Assembly: GCF_052425735.1 (NCBI RefSeq)
Contig: NC_135768.1
Location: 6,882,001 to 6,946,000 of the forward strand
Origin: Oculina patagonica
Taxonomy: Eukaryota
Direction of reading: 5' to 3'
DNA length: 64,000 bases
Numbering within the stretch: position 1 is the stretch's first letter; every line of letters starts with the position of its first letter. This document shows, in pieces, positions 49,401-60,010 of this stretch. The position numbers were made by a program, and so were the translations under genes. The notes under the pieces were generated by a model, which searched no databases, was not told where the DNA came from, and worked only from the letters and a program-made list of their open reading frames with translations.

Positions 49401-51378
49401 ATGCCACCATATCACGGTCACTTTGAAGTAAAGTAGTGTTACTGTACGATGAATTCAAAAGAGGTTTTACCAATAAAACAGAACTTCGTAATTTAAATTT
49501 AGCGGTGTTTAGCGGTCATAAAAAGAGAAAAACTTTCCCTCCAAAACTAAACTTGAGCGCGCTCGCCAGTTGCGCGATGTTTTCCGACGAGTACTAAGAC
49601 ATTCAGACTGAAAAAATGGAGTCAGAATTTCCAAATCTTTCGCTTAATTTTGATTTAGAAAATTTAGAAAATGAAACTCTAAGCGGCAAACAAGTGGGAA
49701 AAAAAAGGCAGAAGAGGAACTTGGAAAAAGTGTTGAAGACCAAGTCCACACAATTTGCAGTACGTACCTTGCAAGCATGGTTTCAACAGAGCGATAAATA
49801 TAACCGGGTTTTGGCTGAATTTGGGTACGGTAAATACCTAATCGTACCTTTTTGGTACGCTTCGGCTGCATATCAGGCTCGTTTGGTCTCGCCATGGGTA
49901 TTTTGGCTCGACTGCGTCTCGCCAAAATACGAACCATGGCTCGACCAAACTCGCCTGATATGCAACCGAAGCGTACCAAAAAGGTACGATTAGGTATAAA
50001 TAGCACTCAGGTTAATACCCTGTGGGAGGCATGGTGGCCCATATATGGTTAGTGCGCTGGACTCTGGATTGAGTGGCCCAGGTTCGAGCCCTGGCCAGGG
50101 TCATTGTGTTGTGTTCTTGAGCAAGTCACTTTACTCACACAGTGCTTTTCTCTATCCATGTGTATAAATGGGTACCCGGGGGGGGGGGGGTACTTGACCT
50201 AAGTTTAGGTATAGGGGTGCCGCTGGAGGTTTGAAACCCTGACCCTGTTTAGGACAATAAAAACTTAAAATGCCTACCCTGTGTAGGACAACACCCCCTA
50301 TTCTAAGACCCTATTTAGGACAAAGGACAACATCAACAATCATTTACGCTTTATTGTGATTGCGTCCCATACGCGATGTTTGAAGCATTGAAATGCAAAA
50401 ACACCTATCCCACCGAATAAAATAATGCGTTTATTGAAGCGAAAGCGAAAACAATGTAAATACATGGACGACAGTCTTGCAGCCATACCCTGTCTAGGAC
50501 AGCTTCAGGCCCTGTTTAGGACAGAGGAGCTTGAAATTATATACCCTGTTCAGGACCGGAGGAGTCAAAAACCATACCCTATCCAGCGGCACGTCCCCGT
50601 ATAGGCCATATAGGGGAGTGCCCCCCCCCCGGGATGGGTACCGGTGAATTAAATTCTGGGAGGTAACCCTTCAATGGACTAGCATCCCATCCAAGGAGCA
50701 GTAGATATACTCCTAGTTGCTATATGAAACCTGGATAAGCTCTGGCCCCGTGGGCCACTAGACTAGAACGCAGACTTTACCTACCTTACCTAGCCTGAAA
50801 TTTAAACACTTTAATTAGCCTGTTTACAGTATGTTCTCATCAATGGCAACAGTGACACAAAATATACTTTTAGTCTACAGTTTCCAGACAGTCTGCAGTT
50901 TGCAGGGTGCAATTGTTAGACACCGATTAGAATTGACGGAGCCATATTAAAAACTTCAGTTCATATGCCATAGCTATGAAGTACAATTTTACTTTGCAAC
51001 TAAAATTTAATTACATTCATTGAGATATACTTTGTCGTGTAAAGTGAGAACGTCTGGCAAAATGATGAATTTCATAATTTTGCAAGACGATTAAGCTTAC
51101 TGCTCCACGGTCAACAAACATCATTATCACACGAGCCTTTTCACCTTATTTTACACCAAAAACATGTAAGCTTACTAACGGAAAAGTACACTTCACCAAA
51201 GCAAACAGACTTCTTATAAAATTATTATAAACTTAAGCTACTAAACTCAAAATTATTGATTGATTGATCGAGGCTAGCGTTGTTTTGTAAATTTACTCAC
51301 CAGATTTTTACATCGCACGACCGTAATTGTAACTGGTTCCGGTGCTCTGATACTCACTGCCTCTTCTTCGTTGGCCAT
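25052..51378 (-). CDS. CFAP70: Cilia- and flagella-associated protein 70 (TTC18), 31 coding exons, ~1134 aa, C-terminal TPRs
   Basis: Hand-spliced GT-AG exons with consistent phases, in transcript order: 51301-51378, 48963-49152, 47116-47214, 45407-45486, 45112-45176, 43612-43726, 42948-43001, 42208-42278, 40981-41130, 40289-40465, 39626-39812, 38287-38361, 37384-37475, 36753-36813, 36073-36134, 35291-35356, 35099-35165, 34369-34500, 33766-33849, 33612-33653, 33399-33479, 33101-33153, 32463-32578, 31156-31380, 30148-30491, 29611-29763, 28715-28876, 27964-28053, 27655-27756, 27319-27366, 25052-25135 (sum 3405 nt). Recognisable peptides: [97 protein letters not shown]. Confidence 0.95.
25232..25459. 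mobile_element. TTAA-type (Kolobok-like) MITE in the CFAP70 last intron
   Basis: ctaa|aaggaccctagtcagcc ... ggctgactagggtcctt|ttaa. Confidence 0.75.
25490..26210 (-). mobile_element. Non-autonomous element: terminal hairpin + IR-bounded body
   Basis: Hairpin aacaattattcgcc...ggcgaataattgtt (25492-25559); IR ttagtataattt.agaggtgat / atcacctctgaaattatactaa; CCAAT at 26163. Confidence 0.75.
26330..26830. repeat. Compound trinucleotide low-complexity tract (TCA/TCG/TTG/TTA)n; reads poly-Asp/Asn on the minus strand
   Basis: Four overlapping low-complexity ORFs in the track; lies in the CFAP70 last intron. Confidence 0.9.
28180..28430 (-). mobile_element. SINE (same family as 31835 and 50024), minus orientation, degenerate
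   Basis: Reverse complement of gtgttcttgg.aag..actctcac..gtataaatgggtac..gatggactagcatcccatc. Confidence 0.75.
31835..32130 (+). mobile_element. tRNA-derived SINE
   Basis: tRNA-like head (gtggcctcatgg..agtgcgctggact), central gtgttgtgttcttgggtaagacactt..ccaggtgtataaatgagtaccgg, tail tttaccttac. Imperfect TSD tactgaccacg/tactgatcacg. Confidence 0.85.
38427..39206. mobile_element. MITE with CAGGGCTC termini and 5-bp flanking repeat
   Basis: agaat|cagggctcaccaaaa ... tttttgtcgagccctg|agaat with subterminal acttgccc/gggcaag repeats. Confidence 0.75.
39289..39575. mobile_element. Degenerate TA-flanked MITE (ccgtattt family)
   Basis: TA|ccgtattt ... gagtaaatacgg|TA. Confidence 0.6.
40500..40752. 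mobile_element. MITE with 6-bp TSD (copy A)
   Basis: gttagg|caaggctgcaaataa ... ttatttgcagccctg|gttagg; near-identical to 47928-48178. Confidence 0.88.
40845..40930. repeat. (ACGN)n tetranucleotide microsatellite
   Basis: acgc/acgg/acga/acgt runs. Confidence 0.8.
41234..41602. mobile_element. Tc1/mariner-pogo-type MITE (TA TSD), related to 6875-7389
   Basis: TA|ccgtatttattcgattaagcgccc ... gggcgcttaatcgaataaatacgg|TA. Confidence 0.92.
43334..43386. mobile_element. 53-bp palindromic mini-MITE, TAG...CTA termini, 9-bp TSD
   Basis: gttcacccc|tagcctgcgtcgcagacgaacaa...ttgttcgtctgcgacgcaggcta|gttcacccc. Confidence 0.85.
43815..44613 (+). mobile_element. Crypton-like non-autonomous element with tyrosine-recombinase N-terminal remnant
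   Basis: IR ttattattcattcaaaatatttc (43815) / gaaatattttgaatgaataataa (44460-44482); ATTGG at 43848; terminal hairpin 44483-44613. Decayed coding [64 protein letters not shown] (~44087-44378). Confidence 0.82.
44616..44921. mobile_element. Palindromic MITE (~305 bp)
   Basis: ttgcggttttcagtgatatg..tctgaaatt / aatttcagaa..catatcactgaaaactgcaa; inner ttttgctgccgtcaatcat / atgattgacggcagcaaaa. Confidence 0.75.
46015..47076. mobile_element. Non-autonomous DNA transposon, CAC...GTG termini, ~130-bp TIRs, TA flanks
   Basis: TA|cactccttcttataaaagcgtgaacact..ccatcggtcacgg / ccgtgaccgatgg..agtgttcacgctttaataagaagcggtg|TA. Confidence 0.85.
47710..48611. mobile_element. Kolobok-like element (TTAA TSD) with nested MITE
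   Basis: TTAA|ggggggtccttcttaactac ... gtagttaagaaggacccccc|TTAA. Confidence 0.88.
47928..48178. mobile_element. MITE with 6-bp TSD (copy B), nested in the Kolobok-like element
   Basis: aatcag|cagggctgcaaataa ... ttatttgcagccatg|aatcag. Confidence 0.88.
49317..49997 (+). mobile_element. Crypton-like non-autonomous element with 164-bp terminal hairpin
   Basis: Perfect 17-bp IR ttaccgtacccaaattc (49317-49333) / gaatttgggtacggtaa (49817-49833); CCAAT at 49342; remnant [20 protein letters not shown]; hairpin 49834-49997. Confidence 0.78.
50024..50790 (+). mobile_element. tRNA-derived SINE interrupted by a MITE
   Basis: Head ggttagtgcgctggactc..ggttcgagccctggcc, same core as 31835, tail actttacctaccttac. 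Confidence 0.85.
50175..50633. mobile_element. MITE with cccggg(G)n...(C)ncccggg termini and 7-bp TSD
   Basis: atgggta|cccgggggg...ccccccggg|atgggta with internal repeated accctgtttaggaca motifs. Confidence 0.88.
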
Positions 51379-51464
51379 TTTGTGGATTTATTCAATTTAA
51401 ATGGGGTTGTATGAGAGTAAAACTGCTGTTTCAGAGTCGTTTTTCGCCGTCAACTGGGATAACA

Positions 51465-51510
51465 GCCGCCATATTGATTTTTTTTTGGTTTTCTTTGTAA
51501 CTATGACAAC
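51465..51510. promoter_or_regulatory. CFAP70 promoter: RFX X-box and YY1-like site
   Basis: gtaactatgacaac (51497-51510; reverse complement GTTGTCATAGTTAC) fits the 14-bp X-box, ~120 bp upstream of the ATG of a motile-cilia gene. gccgccatatt (51465-51475) is YY1-like. Confidence 0.65.
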
Positions 51511-51911
51511 TGGCGCCTTCGATGTAAACCGCTGGCAGAACATTGTGCCCTCTCTTCGTCACGCCAGTCACGGCACGAAACAATCAAATTTCTAAAATAT
51601 CATACGACTGAAAAGAAATAAAATATTTACAATACTTGCAAAATTTTGCCTGATTTTCCTATGTTTTCGAGCAGTCTTCTACCTAGACTCCGGAAATCTT
51701 TGGAAAAGACCTCGAACGACCTGTTTTCTCGAGTTTTCGGATACTACCTCTTGCGACCTAACGGTCCACTTAGAACGAACGAACTTATCAGTGTAGTGTT
51801 TGAACTACACTAATGCGGTAGATTGTTTGGGAGGTGAAAAGTGCTAACGGGATAACGCTAGCTGCAAACAATTCCAAGCATGCCATTCATTTCAAAAGAT
51901 CGGCTTTCAAA

Positions 51912-51963
51912 TAGCCTGCGTTGTTGCAGCCAGACGTGTCACCAAATCCTTACTGCCAGGCTA
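51912..51963. mobile_element. 52-bp mini-MITE, TAGCCTG...CAGGCTA termini
   Basis: ctttcaaa|tagcctg ... caggcta|ctttcaag (7/8 flanking repeat). Confidence 0.6.
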
Positions 51964-53349
51964 CTTTCAAGAGATCGTGTATGATTATATATATATGCAA
52001 GTTTTAAATCCTCGCGTTTCCAGGTATGAATTGCAAGAATTACTTGTCTTTTGCCGAAAAACTGAGAAAAAAAATGAGAAACAGCAAATACATGTCAAAA
52101 AGCAAGTTTCTTTGATTTGTCAAACATGCATGAAAGCGAATGGAATGTTTCCAAATTTATATTTAAGCGACATGACCTTTTCCCAACATCAACAATCCGT
52201 CACGCAAATTGAACATTTCTCAAGTATTTCCTTCCATGAATGAAACTTTTGTTTGAGAGCGGAATATTTTTTCAGAAGAAAGTTTTCAGACCGTCGGACA
52301 TTATAACAAGTGTGCCGTGTGAAATCTTCGTAGTGCAAAAACCAATACTTTCACTGCTGATTCCATCTGTTGAAAAAAAAAAAACATTTACCGCAGTTTT
52401 CTGTTGTTTTTTTTTTAACGTGGGAACTGTGCTATTCTTTAGAGAACGGGATCACGACCCCCCTTTTTGCTACGCTCTTTACTGCAAGTCACAACAATGC
52501 CCCTTGTTTTCACCTCTGTGGTTGGGTTTTGCATCTAGATGAAACTTTTGTTAGCTATTTTGTCGCCTAAGTGATCTTAACAGACTTCAAGTTGATATGC
52601 AACGCTAAAATCAAATCTCTGCAGTTTACGCTTTCCGAGCGTGACAATCTAAACAGGGATCGCCTCGATTTTTGCGTGAATGTGAAAACATTTTGGTTAT
52701 TTATTCGTGACGCGTGAAAAGGCCAAATACTTTTTCGTCATTCAATTTTGCACCGTATAGGGGATCCTGTAAACAACTAACGTTACAAGTCAACTGTTGA
52801 CAAATATCCGCGCGCATGAAAACGATTGCAAAAAAATAAATCGTCGACAAGAAGTAAGCTTTCCTTTTTCAAAAGGGAAACCTGTGATCAAAGCTATCGA
52901 CAACAAGCCGGTGAATGAAAAAATCAAATCGTCGACAACTAAAACCTTTTCTTTTTTTAGAAAGAAAACCTGTGTTCACAGCTATCGAGAATGTCGAAGA
53001 GAGGGGGAAGTAAGCCGTACACTTGAAGGTGATTAGCAAATACTATTTACCTCCGATCAGCCGAAGAGAAACAAAATGGCCGCGCGTTTCGCTTCGGCTA
53101 CCGAAAGTAATGATTTTGTCCGCTATTTAATTCAGCTTGTGTGATATATACTAAAAGGATTATTCACCTCAGTGTCAGTGAAGGTGGTCAGTGTCGCGGC
53201 TCGGTAAATAGCCACCACTATTCACCTCCACTTCAGTGAAAAATTGTTAATTATTGTCATCATCGTCATTATTATTATCGATGTGCTTGCAGTGCCTTGC
53301 ATGTAGACCTTGAGAAGTTTTTCTCCGCGCTGCTTTAACAAAGACAATC

Positions 53350-54417
53350 ATGAACTTTCTACAGAGGACACACGCTTCCTTGATGCGTCACTTGGCACCA
53401 AAGCTTATCAGAAGTTTTAGCCAAAAGGGTGTTGTCCAGAGAAAGGAGCTCACTTTTCGCCTCGCTGAGTCCAGGGATTTCGATGCAGTTGTCAAGCTGT
53501 CAGAAGGTGTATACAATGGATACGACAATCTTCCACTAGTTTATCACAACTGGCTTAAAATGGATAACTTAGATATTATGCTGACACACCTTGGCGAGAA
53601 ACTGGTTGGTTTAGGAGCATGTTACATTGTTGATGACGAAAAAACGTTCGTCCTTAGAGCAGGACGGGTTATGCCAGAACTCCATGGTCGTGGCATCGTT
53701 CGAGAGCTCAGTCACGTTTTGGAGGATCATGTACGAGAAAAGTTCCCGAAGGTTTCCCGACAATGGTTAACAACTACTTCTTCACATTTTTTCTTCTTCA
53801 ATCAATGGAGGCAAGTCCTCGAGCAGGACATATTGTTCTATGATATCGCAGAGCAACCTTTCCGTGCGGGAATACCCTCCACGGGAAAAGAAGCTACAAT
53901 AGAATCATGTTCGAAGGAATGTTTCTCCAAAATTATCCTGTTTAATCCAGCAACCGAGAAACTGTTACCAAGTAACGTTCTTATTATCGACTGGTGCCCT
54001 TACGAGCCCCTCCGATCTAATATCGATTACATCCTGAGAGAGCATGATGTGCATTTCTTTGTAGAGAAGCGTCCCGTCGGGGCCGACCCAGTTTCGTTTA
54101 GCCATGGGGTACATGGGCGTAGAACGTCGACAGGCGTGGAATGGTTGGCTACCATTTACACAGATGATCCAGATCTGTTCGAAGCTCATCTTTTACATCA
54201 GTACAAACACGCCAGTGAAGTAATAAAAGGAAAGTTCATAATCGTAGTATCACTGCAACGTAAAAGCGAGGCAGGGTGTGCTCGAAGGGTGCTTGGAGGT
54301 ATCTTGAAGTTAAGAGAAACCAGTCACGTTTACGAAAATGAAACGTTAACATTAAGAGAAACTAGTCACGTCTCCGAAAATGAAACAATGAAACTGTTCG
54401 AAATAGATTTCAATTAG
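53350..54417 (+). CDS. NAT16: NAT16-like GNAT, copy 4 (355 aa), predicted mitochondrial presequence
   Basis: ELTFRLAESRDFDAVVKLSEGVYNGYDNLPLVYHNWL, motif A ELHGRGI; Arg-rich, acid-free N-extension; 14-aa tandem duplication near the C-terminus. Confidence 0.88.
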   Translation: MNFLQRTHASLMRHLAPKLIRSFSQKGVVQRKELTFRLAESRDFDAVVKLSEGVYNGYDNLPLVYHNWLKMDNLDIMLTHLGEKLVGLGACYIVDDEKTFVLRAGRVMPELHGRGIVRELSHVLEDHVREKFPKVSRQWLTTTSSHFFFFNQWRQVLEQDILFYDIAEQPFRAGIPSTGKEATIESCSKECFSKIILFNPATEKLLPSNVLIIDWCPYEPLRSNIDYILREHDVHFFVEKRPVGADPVSFSHGVHGRRTSTGVEWLATIYTDDPDLFEAHLLHQYKHASEVIKGKFIIVVSLQRKSEAGCARRVLGGILKLRETSHVYENETLTLRETSHVSENETMKLFEIDFN

Positions 54418-55921
54418 TGTAGAAAGTCGCTCTGAGTAGATCAAACTTTCAAATGCATGATCAGAGAAAGAGAATGCCTAGAGACTAGTCACGGGGGTCA
54501 AGTTATTGGTAACTGCGTTCCCTAGCAGACACCCTTTTGGTTTGTCAAGCAATCTTTTCTTATAAGTGTGACGAGTACATGGGGTGACTGCAAAGGAGTC
54601 TGGGTGTTTGGTGTCAAAAACTAGGTTTTCAAACCGAGTTGGGCAACTGTTTTTAGTGCAAAACCATTCAAGGTCATTCAAAGGAAAAAAGTGTTTAATT
54701 TTTTTGATGTATCAAATGTGCTACGTATTTTTTTTTGTTTTATTTCTACTTATTTACCTATTTTTCCATTATTTTTTGGAGCTAATTTCTAGTTGCTCAT
54801 AGTTAAGCGGTGACTATTTCAAGTGCCGTGAAGGGATAAGTAGGTAATGAAACAGCTAGGCCGTAGTGTGGGCGCAAGTTGTGTATCAGTAGCCTATATG
54901 CAAGTCCAGCGGTAAATTGTTAGGATTGCTGTGCTGTCATGTAAAAATTGCATAATGATCCACGGTAGTGGGCGGAGATCGCCCCAAAAGATAACATAAA
55001 AGAAATATTGGTGTAGCGATTGTAATTCTTATCTTTGTGCCAAGACTCGAAGTGAAACATAACTAGTTCAGACGAGTTTTTTATTTGAAAATCCAACTTT
55101 ATCCCAACAAACTAACTTACAAGGCCAAAAAAGAGGCAAAAAGTGACTTTCCAACATTATTTAATTTAATATCTTTTTATTTCTATGAAATCTTTTTTAT
55201 TTTTTAATTGTCTATTTCCATGTTTTTCCATGTTTTTGATCGAGCTGTCTTCTGCCTAGACTCCGGAAATCTTCACAGAGAAACTCAGGCGACCTTCGAC
55301 AGTTTTCGGACACGGTGGCCGTTTCGATTTGGATGTTTTTTTAAAAGACACTATGGGATGCTCAGGGGATAATTTAATATGTGTTTCGCTTGCCTAGTTC
55401 CTAGGCCTTTATTTTCGTCGCGGTCAACCCGTTTCGGGTCACGTGGCACGAGCGAAAAAAAATTGACTGAGTAGTGAATTCAACAATAACGCGAAGGCCT
55501 AGGAAAAAAGCGTACAGGAGCTAGGCAAGTGTTAACCTATTCCTTTTGCACTTACAAGGTTCACAGTCATTCACTGAAAAGGGGTAAGTTTTTCAGTTGT
55601 AAGTTACTGTCAAGGTCCGATCTGTCGGTCCACTTAAACGAACGAATGAACGAGCAACTTAGCACGACGATTTAATTTATCGCCAGAGTCAGTCTCAGAC
55701 GTCCGAGGTCGATCGCGGCAACTTCGCTTCGCCGCGATCGAATCAAGCTAGTTGCGGTCTTGCATTTAAACTAATTAATTGGTAATTGCAAGACCTGTCT
55801 AGTAAACATCTATTTTCTGCCTAAATGGAAGGAATCTGTGCCGAACGACATCTTCGGGACGGCCAGTTAAAGTTGCATATTTTATTATCGAATACCATTC
55901 GCGAGGCCCTGTAAGGGGTTA

Positions 55922-57777
55922 ATTCCGATAGGCGACACGGCGACATGAAGGAACTTAAATGACTATGGATGAACGACAAGCTGCCGTGAAATCATGACAG
56001 CGACAAAGATAAAAGCAAAGTAAACAGCGACAATGCTCAAGAAAAAGCGAAGGAAATCAGGCAAATCAGGTGGGAACAAGTAAAGGAGGTTTCTGTTCTT
56101 AAGTTAGAGTAAGAAGTTTTGCGACGAAATCGCGATAAAGTTTTCCCACCCCTAACTGAAAGTCCTGACTAAACCAACAGGAAGGTAAGTATTAATATAT
56201 TCTTTTTTCTATTTATGAATAAATGATACGCTCCAGCGTTCCCTTCAAGCGAGTTTGGATCACACGACTAAAAGCTACTAAACTACGAACATTTGATAGT
56301 CAATAAATGCTCCAGCGATTTGAAATTGTAAAATCTGAAACAATCCCAACGTTTGGCACCTTGAAACTATATCATTCTATTTGCGTGCATGTTTTCCGAA
56401 CAGTGCACAGCTTCAAAAGTATTGTCATACCTCTCATGATCATACTGTGTGAAAACACTTGAAAATATTTAGCAATTAAAATTGCCTTGTCTTTCCGTTC
56501 GAGAAAACATCAACCTTAAGCACCCAGTTTAGCTTCCTATTGGTTTGCTCAATGGACTAAAGAACTCTTTTGGCGATTCGTCTTTCTCGATCGACTGGTT
56601 TCTTTGAAGGATTGCGATGTATGACAATACACTCTTTTTTATATAAGAACGTCTAATTTTCCACCAAGGCTGAACGTTCTTAACTTTTTCGAAGATTTGA
56701 GCATAAAATGTTCTTAAAATGTTCTTATTTTTGAAATTTTAAAAAACAAAGTAGTATTCCATTAAATTCATTCCGAACCGATATGTACATGTTCACCTCA
56801 CCAATGAGTGATGACAATGTTGGTTACAGGTCAGGATTGAAGAAAAATTTATTCATTTAGTATATATATTTTGTCACTCACGAGAAATAAGAAAAAATAA
56901 AATTCGTTCTTAACCAAATATTAGCTTTGGAAACGTTCTTAAGATGTAAGTTCTCAAATTTTGGCCTTTTCTAGCTCTTGGACAAAAAAGGAGTGTACTT
57001 TTAAAGCTGTACACTGTTCGGAAAACACGCAAATAGAATGATGTAGTTTCAAGGTACCAAATTTTGGTTTTGTTTCAAGTTTTGCAATTTCAAATCGCTG
57101 TAGCATTTATTAACTATGAAATGTTCGTAACATTTTGTCATTTACTATTCCTGTTGGTTTAGTCATGAAACCTAACAATAAGGATCCATTTTTATTGACA
57201 GTTGCTATATTGTAGCTCTGAAACTATTAACAAGCGTCTTTGGCTGCGGATAGCCATGATGAAAGTAGATTACAACTTGAAAAGTTAAGGCTTAACTTTT
57301 CAAGTTGTTTCCGCACGTCTTAAAAAAATCGATATTTATAGCAGTGGTTCGATTTCTCTCCGCAAATTAAGGTTATATCTTCCTTTAGACGTTTTAGATA
57401 GTGTTTTTCATGGGTTAAGTGGTCTACCTCTAATTTCAGAACAGTTTAGACCAAAATTGCGCGAAATCCCCGTGACGTAGCTCCTTTAAGGGTGGCAAAA
57501 ATTCAATGCGATGTCGTCGCAAAACTTCTATTCTAACTTCTTAGAACAGAAATATAATTTACTTATCCTTGCCTGATTTGTCTGATTCCCGTCGCTTTTT
57601 CTTGAACATAACAATGCCAATCACTCATGTCTAATTTAAAAAACGCCAATGTCGCTGTTCACTTGCTTTTATCTTTGTCGCTGTCGTATATTCACGGCAG
57701 CTTTTTATCTCGTCGTCTTCGCCATTTCAATTCCTTCATGTCGCTGTTTCAGAGACGTGCATGTCGCCTGTCGGAAT
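55922..57777. mobile_element. Degenerate long foldback element (~1.85 kb) with nested insertions
   Basis: attccgataggcgaca..gcgacatgaaggaa..cagcgacaaagataaaagcaa (55922-56150) is the reverse complement of 57510-57777. Inner arms 56170-56420 and 56996-57165 also pair. Nested TA-flanked cactc...gagtg element at 56630-56995. Confidence 0.75.
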
Positions 57778-58972
57778 AGGCGCCTCGATCTGAAGGGCCG
57801 GCGCCTGTTTCGACAGCGCCTCTTAAGTGAGCTTCACAGTAGTCGTGCGTTGAGCTTTAGACGGAAAAACCTCATAGTCCGCGCAGATTAATTTAATAAC
57901 CGTTTCCCCCGTGTTCGTATCCTATGCTTTTGAGAGACTACCGAATTTCGTGGATAATGCTCCTGTTATTCCAGGGCAGTACGTTTCGGCGGCAGAGTTT
58001 TGAATTACGAGAACGCATTTATGTTATGGAGCACGGCAACGAGATAAACCTGATTTCCGAATTTCCAACAGCAACACAAATTAAAACCTTGCGAAATTGC
58101 GACATGAAAAGGCTTAAAATTCAGACGGGGGACATACGGGACCCCCCTAACAGGGCCTCATTTGCATGCTGCATAAATATGCACACGCACCCTGCAAGCA
58201 GAGCCTTTAAACTCCTCGAAGCTATGCTTGCAGGGGGACTATGCTATTCGTTAGGGTAACCTACAGATAACAGGTCACAACAATGTCCCTTTTTTTCAAA
58301 CTTTTTTCAGCTATTTTGTCGCCTACTTGATCTTATTAAACAGACATGATATATACCAGGCTAAAAACAAATGTCTGCAGTTTTACGCTTTTCGAGCGTG
58401 ACAGTCACTGCAGTCTAAACAAAGATCTTCTTAATTTTTGCAGGAACGTGAAAGCATTTTGTTTATTGTTATCCGTGACACGTGAAAAGGACAAATATTT
58501 TTACGCGATTCAATATTGAAGAGCCATCAAGAATGCGAAAGAGAGGATGAAGTAAGTCTATGGATCCTTCATCTCTCTTGCGCCTTGATAACTTCTTTAT
58601 ACGTACAAGGCCTTTACAGAGGGTCCTGGGAGGGAGGGAGGGGGGGGGGGGGCGTGTATAAAATTCTATTGCCCAGCCAAAATTTTGCCCAAATTCCATT
58701 TCCCAGCGTAATGCTTTTCCGATTTTCCAAATCCCAGTGGCAGTTCTAATGTTTATTTGTTTGCGATTCCTTGTCCCAGTCACTCAAATACCTACATTTT
58801 TCCAGTGGAAATTTGCCCAAATCACAGTTCTCATTTTACCCCTTCAGACTCCACTTTACAGTATCTTTATAATTATATGTTAGAAATTATTGTCATCATT
58901 GTCATTATTATTATTATTATTCTTGATGTGCTTGCAGTGCCTTTTTCTCCGTGCTGCTAAACAAAGCCCATC

Positions 58973-60010
58973 ATGAACTTTCTGCAAAGGACACGCGCTT
59001 TATTGATGCGTCACTTGACACCAAAGTTGATTAGAGGTTTTAGCCAAAAGGGTATGATCCAGAGAAAAGAGCTCACTTTTCGCCTCGCTGAATCAAGGGA
59101 TTTCGATGCAATTGTGAAGCTGTCAGAAGGACAATACAATGGATACGACTATCTTCCAGTAGTTTATCACGACTGGCTTAAAATGGATAATTTAGACATT
59201 ATGCTTTTTTACCTTGGTGAGAAACTGGTTGGTTTAGATGCATGTTTTATTGTTGATGACGGGAAGACCTTCATCCGTAGGGGAGGACGGGTGGTGCCAG
59301 AAAGTCGTGGTCGTGGCATCAAGCGAGACATAAATCAGATTTTGGAGGACCATGTGCGAGGAAAGTTCCCTAAGGTCTCCCGATACCGGATAATGTCCAC
59401 CTATTCACATTTTTCCAATCCGCTGTGGAGACGAGTTCTTGAGCACGATGTTTTGTCCTATGATGTCGCAGAGAAGCCCTTCCGTGAAGAAATACCCGCC
59501 ACAGGAAAAGAATCTACAATAGAATCCTGTACGAATGAATTGTTCTCAAAAATTATCCTGTTTAATCCATCAATCAGGAGACTGTTACCAAATGACATTC
59601 TTATTTTCGATTGGTGCCCTTACGAACCTCTCGGATCTAATATCGATTACATCTTAAGAGAGCATGATGTGCATTTCTTTGTAGAGAAACGTCCCGTTGG
59701 GGCCAACCCAGTTTCGTTTAGCCATGGGGTACATGCACGGAGAACGAAAGCCGCGGAATGGTTGATTACCATTTACACAGATGATTTAGACCTGTTCGAA
59801 GCTCATCTTTTACATCAGTTCAAACACGCTTGCAAACTTATCAAAGGCAACTTCATAATCTCAGTATCAGTGCATCATAAAAGTGAGGCAGAGTGCGTCC
59901 GAAGGGTACTTGGAGGTATCTTGAAATTAAAAGACACCAATCTTGCTTACGAAAATGAAACAATGAAACTGTTCGAAATGGATTTTAATTGGTGTCGGAA
60001 ATCGCTCTGA
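58973..60010 (+). CDS. NAT16: NAT16-like GNAT, copy 5 (345 aa), predicted mitochondrial presequence
   Basis: ELTFRLAESRDFDAIVKLSEGQYNGYDYLPVVYHDWL, motif A ESRGRGI; close paralog of copy 4. Confidence 0.88.
   Translation: MNFLQRTRALLMRHLTPKLIRGFSQKGMIQRKELTFRLAESRDFDAIVKLSEGQYNGYDYLPVVYHDWLKMDNLDIMLFYLGEKLVGLDACFIVDDGKTFIRRGGRVVPESRGRGIKRDINQILEDHVRGKFPKVSRYRIMSTYSHFSNPLWRRVLEHDVLSYDVAEKPFREEIPATGKESTIESCTNELFSKIILFNPSIRRLLPNDILIFDWCPYEPLGSNIDYILREHDVHFFVEKRPVGANPVSFSHGVHARRTKAAEWLITIYTDDLDLFEAHLLHQFKHACKLIKGNFIISVSVHHKSEAECVRRVLGGILKLKDTNLAYENETMKLFEMDFNWCRKSL

Noticed and set aside
49616-50052. Overlapping ORFs with mirrored peptides
   Set aside because: Artefact of the 164-bp palindrome; only the N-terminal recombinase-like remnant is meaningful.
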